Below, piece after piece: positions 8,867 to 19,979 of a DNA stretch of 64,000 nucleotides. The DNA is taken from contig JAJYHK010000005.1 of assembly GCA_021784815.1 (NCBI GenBank), positions 25,917 through 89,916 on the forward strand, written 5' to 3'. The stretch's first letter is position 1, and every line of letters starts with the position of its first letter. The position numbers and the translations under genes are program-made. This DNA is from a bacterium (GTDB lineage: Bacteria > Patescibacteriota > Minisyncoccia > Phycocordibacterales > Phycocordibacteraceae). Under the pieces are notes generated by a model. It saw only the letters and a list, made by a program, of their open reading frames with translations. It ran no database searches and had not been told where the DNA came from.

Positions 8867-10168
8867 TTACGGGGTCAGGCGATTCGGACCTCGATAGAGG
8901 TACGTGACTTCACGAACCGTACTGCGGTTCAGCAGAATCATGAGCAGCCGGGTGAGACCGACGCCCATACCACCGTGAGGCGGACATCCGTAACGGAAGA
9001 AGCCGAGGTAGTCCTGGATCGTCTCCAAGTCCACACCCTTCTCCTCTGCCTGCTGCTTCAGCCGCTCGTAGCGATGCTCGCGTTGCGCCCCGGTCGTCAC
9101 TTCGAGCCCCTTCCAGAGAAGGTCGAAGCTCTTGGTGATTTCCGGGTTGTCCTCCTGCCGCATGTGGTAGAAGGCACGCACGCTGACCGGGTAGTCCGTG
9201 ACGAACACGAACTCATGCCCGTGCTGCCCGAAGATGTGTCGAGCAAGCATCCGTTCGCCTTCGGGGTCCAGATCCTCCTTGTGGGAGATGATATGGCCCT
9301 GCTGGGCGAGAATCTCGCGCGCTTCCTCGAGGGAAATACGCGGGAACGGAAGTGTCGGCACCGCCACCTTCACGCCGAACGTCTCCTCTATTTCAGAGCC
9401 GTATTCGGTCGAGATGCGAGACAGGACATAGGCCAGCCACGCCTCCTCGATTTTCATGACGTCCTCGTGCGATTCGATCCACGAGACCTCCATATCCACG
9501 GACGTGAATTCCGTGTCGTGGCGGCTCGTGAACGAGGGGTTGGCCCGGAACACCGGACCAATCTCGAAGATCCGATCGAATCCTGCCGCCATCGCCATCT
9601 GCTTGTAGAATTGTGGCGATTGAGCGAGACAGGCCTCCGTATCGAAGTACGGGAGCTTGAACAGCTCCGACCCCGATTCGGTCGCGGCCGGTGTCAGCTT
9701 TGGAGAGTGAATCTCCAGGAAGCCGCGCTCGGCCCAGAATTCCCGCATCGCTTGCTCCATCAAGGTTTGCACCTTGAAAATGAGCAGGTTTTCTGGTCGC
9801 CTGAGCGAGATGTAACGCCAGTCCAGCTGCTTGTCGAGCGCAGAATCGGCCGCGATTGGCAGAGGGGACTCCGCCACGGACGCGATTTGGATATCGGTTG
9901 CCCGAATCTCCAAGCCGCCCAGTTTCACTTTAGGGTCGAGAATGACCTGCCCGGTGACCTGGAGGGCAGAGCCCGACGTGATGCCGGTGAGGAGGCTTGT
10001 GATGGAAGCCGCCCCGTCCGTCTTGTCGTGTGCCACCTGGACGAGTCCAGTGTGGTCCCGGATCGTGAGAAACAGCATGCGCTTTTGATCGCGCACCGTT
10101 TCCACGAATCCCTTTACCGTCACCTCGCCGGTAGCGAGGCTAAGGGCCTTGATGAATGTGCGTTGCAT
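8867..10168 (-). CDS. aspS: Second archaeal-type aspartate--tRNA ligase
   Basis: LAQSPQFYKQ, RHDTEF, GAQREH, PPHGGMGVG; anticodon-domain loop PKVKLGG. Confidence 0.9.
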   Translation of the reverse strand: MQRTFIKALSLATGEVTVKGFVETVRDQKRMLFLTIRDHTGLVQVAHDKTDGAASITSLLTGITSGSALQVTGQVILDPKVKLGGLEIRATDIQIASVAESPLPIAADSALDKQLDWRYISLRRPENLLIFKVQTLMEQAMREFWAERGFLEIHSPKLTPAATESGSELFKLPYFDTEACLAQSPQFYKQMAMAAGFDRIFEIGPVFRANPSFTSRHDTEFTSVDMEVSWIESHEDVMKIEEAWLAYVLSRISTEYGSEIEETFGVKVAVPTLPFPRISLEEAREILAQQGHIISHKEDLDPEGERMLARHIFGQHGHEFVFVTDYPVSVRAFYHMRQEDNPEITKSFDLLWKGLEVTTGAQREHRYERLKQQAEEKGVDLETIQDYLGFFRYGCPPHGGMGVGLTRLLMILLNRSTVREVTYLYRGPNRLTP

Positions 10169-10213
10169 AGTCTTTCTCCGCTTTGACAATTGACGATAGG
10201 ACACATCTGCCGC

Positions 10214-11533
10214 TTAGGGGTAGACCCGGCGACGGAAGATGCGCGGGAACGGGATTGCGTCCCGTACATGTGGAATGTTGAGCATCCAGCGGATCATCCG
10301 CTCGACACCCATTCCGAACGCAGCATGCGGCACACACCCGAGCTGATGGACCTCGCGGACCCATTCATACCGGGGATCGTTACGCTTGTCTTTCTCAGTG
10401 AGACGCTCATCGAGCATCTCGATGTCGTAGATCTTCTCGGCGACGCCGAGAAGCTCGCCCATCCCGTTGCTCGCGATCAGGTCGGCGACGCGCGTGATGC
10501 GCGTGTCGGACGGATCGATGCAATATGGGAAAGGCTCTACGACTCGCGGAATCCCGATGACCCAGAACGGGGTCGAGGGGAAAAGCTCGGAGAGCCTTCT
10601 TTCTTCCGCGCCACCGAGCCCCTTGCCGAACTCGATGTCGAAGCCGTCTTTCTTCAGAAGTTTGACGGCATCTTCATACGAGATACGAGGGAATGGCGTT
10701 CTCATACCATCCAGGCACATTGACGTGTCGAGGACTTGCGCCACGTCGGGGCTTTTCTGCCAGCACGTCTTCGTAACGTGGGAGATGAGCCCCTCGACGA
10801 TCCGAATGATGTCTTCGAGATCAGCGAAAGCGATTTCCGCTTTGATGTGGTGGTACTCCATGAGGTGCCGAGGACTCCGCGACTCCTCGCCGCGGAAACT
10901 CGGTCCCATGTTGTACACGCGCTCGAACGCGTGAACCGCTGCTTCGAGATAGTACCCGACGCATTGGGTCATGAAGATGTGTTCGCCGTTGATTTCGACG
11001 CCCACAGCTGACCCGTCATCGTAGAGCGGGATCGGCGTGAGAATCGGGGCATCGATTTCGAGGAAATGGTTATCCTCGAACCAGCGCCGGACTTCCGACA
11101 TCATGAGGCTCCGGAACTTCAAGATCTCCATGATCTTTGGGTTCCGAAGATACAAATGCCGGTTGGACAGCAGCTGATCGGTCAGCTTGGTATCGAACAC
11201 GTCCACATCGCCCCGCGGCTGCGGGGAGACGGGAATGCTCGCTCTGCTGATGATGCGGATTTCATCGACCGCGATTTCGCGCGGCCGATTGACATGAGAC
11301 ACCACCTTGCCAGAGACTTCGATAGCGGATTCGAGCGGGATATGCCCGATCGCATCGAATTTGTTTTCTCCGACGCGATTTCGCTCGATAACGACCTGGA
11401 TGACGCCGGTCGAGTCCATCACGTCGAGAAAGCAAATGCCGCCGCTGTGCCTTCTTGACCGAAGCCAACAAGGCAGGACGATGTCGACCCCGGCTCGCCG
11501 TTCGAGCAGGTCGGAAACGTACACACTTTTCAT
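10214..11533 (-). CDS. Asparagine--tRNA ligase-like paralog with an altered active site
   Basis: OB-fold, GPSFRGEE..RHL, PHAAFGMGVER, RDAIPFPR. Pocket motifs diverge (TQCVGYY, EYHHIKAE, GVAEK). GGAAGGAG SD. Confidence 0.82.
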   Translation of the reverse strand: MKSVYVSDLLERRAGVDIVLPCWLRSRRHSGGICFLDVMDSTGVIQVVIERNRVGENKFDAIGHIPLESAIEVSGKVVSHVNRPREIAVDEIRIISRASIPVSPQPRGDVDVFDTKLTDQLLSNRHLYLRNPKIMEILKFRSLMMSEVRRWFEDNHFLEIDAPILTPIPLYDDGSAVGVEINGEHIFMTQCVGYYLEAAVHAFERVYNMGPSFRGEESRSPRHLMEYHHIKAEIAFADLEDIIRIVEGLISHVTKTCWQKSPDVAQVLDTSMCLDGMRTPFPRISYEDAVKLLKKDGFDIEFGKGLGGAEERRLSELFPSTPFWVIGIPRVVEPFPYCIDPSDTRITRVADLIASNGMGELLGVAEKIYDIEMLDERLTEKDKRNDPRYEWVREVHQLGCVPHAAFGMGVERMIRWMLNIPHVRDAIPFPRIFRRRVYP

Positions 11534-11857
11534 CACTAATCTCCTTCCACGAGACAGTAGGACGTTGGTTGACAGTGGAGAGGCTTTCGCAGTCGTTCGT
11601 GAGTTGTCAAAGAACTCGTACGAAATACCAAATTTATAATATAACAAATCACCTTATTTGTACAGTGCATGTTCAGTGCTGGGTATTCTTACGCCCATAC
11701 GAGGGCAGGAATACAGAACCGGCGTATTTGCTTGGCTGTACAGTTCGATTCCTACGCCCGTGCTCAAAATCGGGGGAATTCGAGTGTGACTGCGACACAA
11801 AACCGCACCGAGTACGAGAATAGGAATCGAACTAGCTATTTATTGTATTTGCTACAT

Positions 11858-11966
11858 AGCCCAAAAACCCGCGCATGGAAATACGCGGGTTTTTGGGCTT
11901 TTAGGGGCGCCGGAACAGTACCAATTTTGATGCCTGTCGGTACTGGTTCCTGGCGTCACAACCGTG
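11858..11966. repeat. tRNA-associated junction repeat, copy 4 (tRNA-proximal), with terminator
   Basis: Hairpin AGCCCAAAAACCCGCG..CGCGGGTTTTTGGGCT, then CGGAACAGTACCAATTTTG..GTACTGGTTCCTGGCGTCACAACCGTG abutting the tRNA 3' end. Confidence 0.9.
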
Positions 11967-12037
11967 TTGCGGGGGTGGGAATCGAACCCACGCCTGGAGG
12001 TTATGGGCCTCCCGAGCTACCTCTGCTCTACCCCGCT
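11967..12037 (-). tRNA. tRNA-Met(CAT), initiator type
   Basis: Cloverleaf AGCGGGG/CCCCGCA with 1:72 mismatch, GAGC/GCTC D-stem, GGAGG-CCCATAA-CCTCC, TTCGATT T-loop. CCA not encoded. Confidence 0.93.
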
Positions 12038-12109
12038 ACCTCTAGCTTACCAAATGCACACCCCGATGCAAGGCTTGATGAAGCCGCTTTTCTCATGGAT
12101 GGCTTCGCG

Positions 12110-12694
12110 TTACGCGATATCGAACTCTCGAAAGACACGCTCGTACTGCGCAATGGTGCGGCGGGTAAGCGTTTCTGAGAGATCGAAGGCGGAACCTTCG
12201 TGAGCGATCTGATTGCGCACTTTGTGCGCTTCCCATGCGTCTGAGACCGTATCAAAATCGGCCGGGTCGACCTCGCGCAGCTTCTCGCCCACGCTGTCAC
12301 CCGGATATCCTTGGCGGGTAAGCATGTCGTTCAACATGATGTCGGCCTCGATGATCGCCTCGCGCCACTCGCTCGGACTCATGCCGCTCGCGAGTTCCTG
12401 AATACGCCTCCAGCGCGGGTTCTCGGGGCCGGCTGCCCCAGACGTGACAATCATAGATCCGTAAAAGGCGCGCTCACGCTCGCGCAAGGCAAACAGCCGT
12501 ACGGTCGCGTAAATGATGGCGAACATCGCTGCGGCCGCAATGATGTATCCGAGAAATACGATAATCATCCAGATCTGGACGACGACAGATTGGAGGTGCG
12601 CGGCATTTGTCGCCAGGCTCCCACGACCCTGAAACAGGAAGTCATAGATGACGCGAAAAAAATACTCGATGTTTAATTGTTCAGGAACACCCAT
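12110..12694 (-). CDS. Conserved hypothetical single-pass membrane protein
   Basis: TM helix, then AIIEAD...AWEAHKVRNQIAH domain. Confidence 0.75.
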   Translation of the reverse strand: MGVPEQLNIEYFFRVIYDFLFQGRGSLATNAAHLQSVVVQIWMIIVFLGYIIAAAAMFAIIYATVRLFALRERERAFYGSMIVTSGAAGPENPRWRRIQELASGMSPSEWREAIIEADIMLNDMLTRQGYPGDSVGEKLREVDPADFDTVSDAWEAHKVRNQIAHEGSAFDLSETLTRRTIAQYERVFREFDIA

Positions 12695-12801
12695 CGCTCT
12701 TAGTATACCGAGCACTAGCCGGCTTTTCTTACATAAAATCGAACACCTGTGTATGTAACCGTTTCGAGAGACCGGTTCGTACTGAATTTAGGAGAGAGCA
12801 G

Positions 12802-14235
12802 CTACGCACGATGCAGTTTCTCCACCGCTGCGCCGACCGCAAAGAGCGCGTCTTCTGCGGTATGCGGCGCGAGGAACTGCATGCCGGCCGGCAACTGCGC
12901 CCCCTCGTATGAGACGGTCTTCATAGGCACCGATATTGCCGGAATGCCCGCGAGGTTTGCGGTCACCGTAAAAAGATCTTCGAGATACATCGAAAGCGGG
13001 TCTCCCTTCTCGCCTATCGCAAACGCGGGAGCCGGCATAGTCGGGGTCGCAATCACATCCACCGATTCGAATGCCCGGGCGAAATCCTGTGCGAGAAGCG
13101 AGCGTGCCGCAACGGCCTTGCGGTAGTATGCGTCGATATAGCCCGAAGAGAGCACAAAGGTACCGAGCAAGATACGCCGCTGCGTCTCCGGCCCGAACCC
13201 TTCGGAGCGCGAGAGGAGGTAGTCGTCGAGAAGCGTGTCGCCGCGCTTGGCAAGCCCGTAGCGGATACCGTCGAAGCGCGCGAGATTCGTCGAAACTTCG
13301 GCAAAGTTGATGATGTAATAGGCCGCGAGCGCGGGCGCTGCCGATGGCAACGCGATGTCGACGAGTTCGTAGCCTGCACGCTTGAGCGCGGTGAGTTCCG
13401 TCTCAAATGCCTCTTTTACCTCGGCCGCGATGCCCTCGCCCCTGAGGGCATCATGCAGCACGCCGATGCGCCTGGGAGCGATTGTCTTCTCGCGGCGCGG
13501 TGCGGCAAGCGTTGTCGAATCGAGCGGATCCGGTCCGGTAATCGCGTCGAGTACAGTGCGCGCGTCCGCAACCGTTTTCGCGAGCACGCCGACCTGGTCG
13601 AAGGACGAGGCGGCGGCAATGATGCCGGAGCGCGAGACGCCGCCGTAGGTCGGCTTCACACCGACGACGCCGCAGTAGCTCGCCGGATTGCGTACCGAAC
13701 CGCCGGTGTCGGTACCGAGTGCGGCAATGCACAGGTGCGCGGCGACGGCGGCCGCCGAGCCGCCCGAGGTACCGCCCGCGACGCGCGTCGGATCGTGTGG
13801 GTTCCTCGTCACGCCGAAGGCCGAGTGCTCGGTCGAGCCGCCGAGTGCGAATTCGTCCATGTTAGTGCGTCCGAGAAAGAGCGCGTTATGCGCGCGCAGC
13901 TTCTTCACCACGGTCGCGTCATAAGTCGCGCGATAGCACTCAAGCATCTTGCTTGCGGCGCTCGCGACTTTGTCCTCGACGAGAATATTGTCTTTGAGCG
14001 CGAGCGGAATGCCGCAAAGGAGCGGCGCCTTCTCGCCTTCCTCGTCGATACGCTTCTGTGCTGCTTCAATAGCAGCGTCGTCCGCATCAAAAATCTCCAG
14101 ATACGCGTTGAGCGAAGGGTTTTTTTCTTCCGCCGCCGTCGCGCATGCCCCCCACAATGTGCGGACGGTGAGCGCGCCCGCGCGCAGCGCGCGCGCCGCC
14201 TCCTCGAGCGTCAGTTCATTTGCCGGCTTAGTCAT
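12802..14235 (-). CDS. gatA: Asp/Glu-tRNA amidotransferase subunit A
   Basis: KDNI, TNMDEFA, GGTSGGSAAAVA, DTGGSVR amidase signature, RRILLGTFVLS. Confidence 0.95.
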   Translation of the reverse strand: MTKPANELTLEEAARALRAGALTVRTLWGACATAAEEKNPSLNAYLEIFDADDAAIEAAQKRIDEEGEKAPLLCGIPLALKDNILVEDKVASAASKMLECYRATYDATVVKKLRAHNALFLGRTNMDEFALGGSTEHSAFGVTRNPHDPTRVAGGTSGGSAAAVAAHLCIAALGTDTGGSVRNPASYCGVVGVKPTYGGVSRSGIIAAASSFDQVGVLAKTVADARTVLDAITGPDPLDSTTLAAPRREKTIAPRRIGVLHDALRGEGIAAEVKEAFETELTALKRAGYELVDIALPSAAPALAAYYIINFAEVSTNLARFDGIRYGLAKRGDTLLDDYLLSRSEGFGPETQRRILLGTFVLSSGYIDAYYRKAVAARSLLAQDFARAFESVDVIATPTMPAPAFAIGEKGDPLSMYLEDLFTVTANLAGIPAISVPMKTVSYEGAQLPAGMQFLAPHTAEDALFAVGAAVEKLHRA

Positions 14236-14515
14236 GCTGGATGATCTGCTTTACGGAAAGGTAGTCGCCGTCGCGCGCCGGAAACTGCGCGGTTATCTGT
14301 TCCGTATAGCGGCCGGCTTCGTGCGGGGTTCTATCGGCGCGCATGACGTTGCGGTGCTCCGGCACCTGCGCGAGCGACGACAGGTCGAGCTTCTCGAGTT
14401 GCCCGACATATCCGATGATCGCGTCAAATTCTTTTGCAAACGCTTCCACCTGCGCCTCCGAAAGCGAGAGCCGCGCGAGCGCGGCGAGCTTACGAACGTC
14501 CCCCGGAGTAGCCAT
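14228..14515 (-). CDS. gatC: Asp/Glu-tRNA amidotransferase subunit C
   Basis: VRKLAALARL, NVMRAD; overlaps the gatA start. Confidence 0.9.
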   Translation of the reverse strand: MATPGDVRKLAALARLSLSEAQVEAFAKEFDAIIGYVGQLEKLDLSSLAQVPEHRNVMRADRTPHEAGRYTEQITAQFPARDGDYLSVKQIIQHD

Positions 14516-14550
14516 GGCGCTACTGTACCACACCCCATTTCGATCGGCCG

Positions 14551-17152
<2,602 letters not shown>

Positions 17153-17156
<4 letters not shown>

Positions 17157-17830
17157 TGCCATGGCGTTAGGTCGTCCGTCGTACTCACGTGGTACGTCGT
17201 CCCATGCGTCGTCCAACTCACCATGGCGATGACCTGCTCGACGGGCACTTGCGTGGTACCCACACTGTCCACGGTAATGACGCGGGTAAAGAGCGTTGCC
17301 GAACCTTGCGTGCGGTTGTAGATGCCTTCAGTGCCGCTCATTCTCAGCTTGAGTGGGCTTGCGCAGGACGCGCCGCCCTGGGAACACGGGAGGAGCGGCT
17401 GGCCGGTCGAGCTTGGATACGGGTTGTCCCAGTCACCAAGATTCATTTCGCAACCGCCTTTGGCGGTCGTGCAGTATTGTACATCCTGCAAGAAATGGTT
17501 CCACGCGTCGGCCGAGGTGTTTCCCGTGGTGATGTCCGCTTTATAGGCGGCAAGGTATTCGTTATCGCGGACGGCTCGGACGTACTCAACGCCCTCTTGC
17601 GCGAGACTCGACGCGACGAGCTGGTCCTGTGCAATCTCCGCAGCGCGCATGCTCTGCCCGGCTGCCCAGAGTGGCCCCGCGATGGAAATGGTAATGATAG
17701 CGATTGCGATAAGCGACTCAATAAGCGTAAACCCTTTGCGCGCTTTCCGCTCCGAGTGCGGGGCTTTCAAGTGGCATAGCGAAGCCGCGCTGCACCCTCG
17801 AAGCTGGAAACTGAAAACTGCTTTTTTCAT
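17153..17830 (-). CDS. PilV-like minor pilin
   Basis: GFTLIESL prepilin motif, LAQEGVE. Confidence 0.85.
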
Positions 17831-18372
17831 AGGTCGGTACCACGCATGACGGCTGAGGTCTGCACCGTGAACGGTACGGTTTTGCCAGGCCCTGCTAAGG
17901 TCGTACCGCTCACCGTTATGAAGATGTAGGGCTGTGTCGTATCGCCCCCCGCACTATAGGGTGCCGTGCCTACTACCGAGAAGGTGAGGTTGGTAATCTG
18001 CACCGAAGGGTCGGTGAGCGGCGTAGCCACGCCAGGACTGCCCACCGTTTTATCAATGGCGCCGCCCGAGAGACTGAACTCGACGGTGGCGCCATCCTGA
18101 TCGGTGAGGTAGAGCACGCTGCCCGACCCGCAATCTCCGCCTGTCGGCGAACCGCAATTGTAGTGCGTACCGGTACGAATGGTGCGCGTCATACTCTCAA
18201 GCGCGAAGGACAGGTTATCGACTCCGGTCGTCGTCGCTTGAGCGCGTTGATCTATATCAAGCATAATGAGGTATGCGCCCGAAGCGAGCATTGCAACGAT
18301 AGCAAAGATGGCTACTGCTACCATGAGTTCGATGAGCGTGAATCCTCGGGACGTGTTCAAGTGTGTTCTCAT
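17827..18372 (-). CDS. PilW-like minor pilin
   Basis: GFTLIELMV motif. Confidence 0.85.
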   Translation of the reverse strand: MRTHLNTSRGFTLIELMVAVAIFAIVAMLASGAYLIMLDIDQRAQATTTGVDNLSFALESMTRTIRTGTHYNCGSPTGGDCGSGSVLYLTDQDGATVEFSLSGGAIDKTVGSPGVATPLTDPSVQITNLTFSVVGTAPYSAGGDTTQPYIFITVSGTTLAGPGKTVPFTVQTSAVMRGTDL

Positions 18373-18376
18373 ACGA

Positions 18377-19141
18377 TTACGAGCAGGTATCGCCGTTCGC
18401 GGTTATTTCTCCCGCCGCATTGACCTCGACCACCTTGAGCCCTCCGTTTGCCGAAGTAAGCTTAATGCACGCCTTCGTGATCGTTTCGCTTAGCGTGCAG
18501 TACGGTACATAAGAATTATCATAATTGCCTGCCGAGCAGAGCCAGCCGATGTTCGTCCCGCCCGATCCCGCGCTCAGATAAGGAACGGCGTTCGGGCGCG
18601 CGAAAACGATGTCCAGCTGGGAAAACGCGTTGTTCGACGCACACTCCCACGCATTGGGCCCTGCAACATAGACGCAGAGATCCTCAATAGAAATGCCGTT
18701 CCCGATCGTATACGACGCCACTTGTGTATCCTGACCTGCCGTGTACCGGCAATCGCCAGGCTGCGACCCCGGCTGACTTTGAAGAGGCGTTTCGTGGCAC
18801 AGCGGCCATCCCGAGAGTCCTGGGTAGGAGTCGGCAAATAAGAGAAAGGAAGTTGGCGACGATTTCTGGAAATCAAGACCGTACCCGACGGTACCGGATC
18901 CGATCGTGCGGCCGCCCACGCCGTAATTCTGCGCTCCTCGCATCGTAAGCGCTATGTCGTAGGCCGTGTTTGAGAGCAAAAAGCTCCGATTAAACGAGGA
19001 TTGGCTCGTGAGCGCAATGACCACGAGTACCATGATGATCGCGAGCACAATGAGCATTTCAATGAGCGTGAACCCGGCGGTGCGCGGGCGCGCTTCCCCA
19101 GGGGCCGTGCTTAGGCGAGAAAGACGAGAAAGGGATTCCAT
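18377..19141 (-). CDS. FimT/FimU-like minor pilin
   Basis: GFTLIEML motif. Confidence 0.82.
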   Translation of the reverse strand: MESLSRLSRLSTAPGEARPRTAGFTLIEMLIVLAIIMVLVVIALTSQSSFNRSFLLSNTAYDIALTMRGAQNYGVGGRTIGSGTVGYGLDFQKSSPTSFLLFADSYPGLSGWPLCHETPLQSQPGSQPGDCRYTAGQDTQVASYTIGNGISIEDLCVYVAGPNAWECASNNAFSQLDIVFARPNAVPYLSAGSGGTNIGWLCSAGNYDNSYVPYCTLSETITKACIKLTSANGGLKVVEVNAAGEITANGDTCS

Positions 19142-19875
19142 GAGATGAAGAAGTAAGCAAGCAGGAAACCGGCCGCAAGAAAGGGCGCAAACGGAACCTC
19201 AATACCCATTCTAGAACCAGCAGGCCGACGCGCCAATATGATTATCCCAATAACCGCGCCGATCCAGAACGAGAAAAGGAAGCCCGGGAGCGCCGATGGC
19301 CCCACAAGGAGCGCGAGACCGAGTGCGAGCGGCGCATCGGCAAGCCCCACCGCGCGCCCGCGCGAAGCGGCGTAGAGCGCAAAGAGCGCAAGCGCAATGC
19401 TCCCAGCGACGACAAGCGAAGTGCCGAGCGCCTGCCGACTCGGCGCCTCAAGGAGCGCTGCCGCGAGCGTCGCGCCGATAAACACCCCAAGGAAGACTTG
19501 CGGAAGAATTTGGTGCGCGAGGTCGTAAAGCACGAGCGCGAGGAGCGCCGAAAGCGCAAGGAGCGCGAACGGAAGCGCCGGCATAAGTCCGAGCTTCAGC
19601 GCCGTGCACACGAAAAGCCCGCCAAGCACTATCTCAGAAACCGGAGCAATGAAAGAAATGCGCGCGCCGCAGCAGTGCGCCCTCCCTCGCACAATGAGGT
19701 AGGACACGACCGGCACGAGCGCCCACCACGGGAGCGGCGTTCCGCACGCATCGCAGCGCGAGCGCCCCCAGAGAATGCTCTGCTCGGTGCCATAGCGGCC
19801 AACAATGACGCCCACGAAGCTCGCAATGATTGCACCGAGCACGAAAAAGAGCGACGACAGCCAGAGCGAATACAT
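19111..19875 (-). CDS. pilD: Prepilin peptidase
   Basis: RSRCDAC, GRAHCCG, YD, GLAD, VPFAPFL. Confidence 0.9.
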   Translation of the reverse strand: MYSLWLSSLFFVLGAIIASFVGVIVGRYGTEQSILWGRSRCDACGTPLPWWALVPVVSYLIVRGRAHCCGARISFIAPVSEIVLGGLFVCTALKLGLMPALPFALLALSALLALVLYDLAHQILPQVFLGVFIGATLAAALLEAPSRQALGTSLVVAGSIALALFALYAASRGRAVGLADAPLALGLALLVGPSALPGFLFSFWIGAVIGIIILARRPAGSRMGIEVPFAPFLAAGFLLAYFFISWNPFLVFLA

Positions 19876-19979
19876 TATGAGTAAGTATACCTGCCCGACC
19901 TTGCATTCGGGCGCGCCACTGGGTATAGCAAAACACCGGCCGCTTGGCCGGTGTTTTGCGTAACTGCAGTACCCAGAAG

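Noticed and set aside
11534-11660. T-box in the leader of the AsnRS paralog
   Set aside because: A hairpin and a boxA-like GTTCTTTGACAA are present, but there is no TGGNACC antiterminator.
2156-11966. Junction repeats as a CRISPR array
   Set aside because: Spacing is 1-6.5 kb with genes in between, and there are no cas genes.
2240-11990. Short ORFs sharing the peptide SWRHNRV/QRHNRV
   Set aside because: They are translations of the DNA repeat, in different contexts and with indels; not a protein family.
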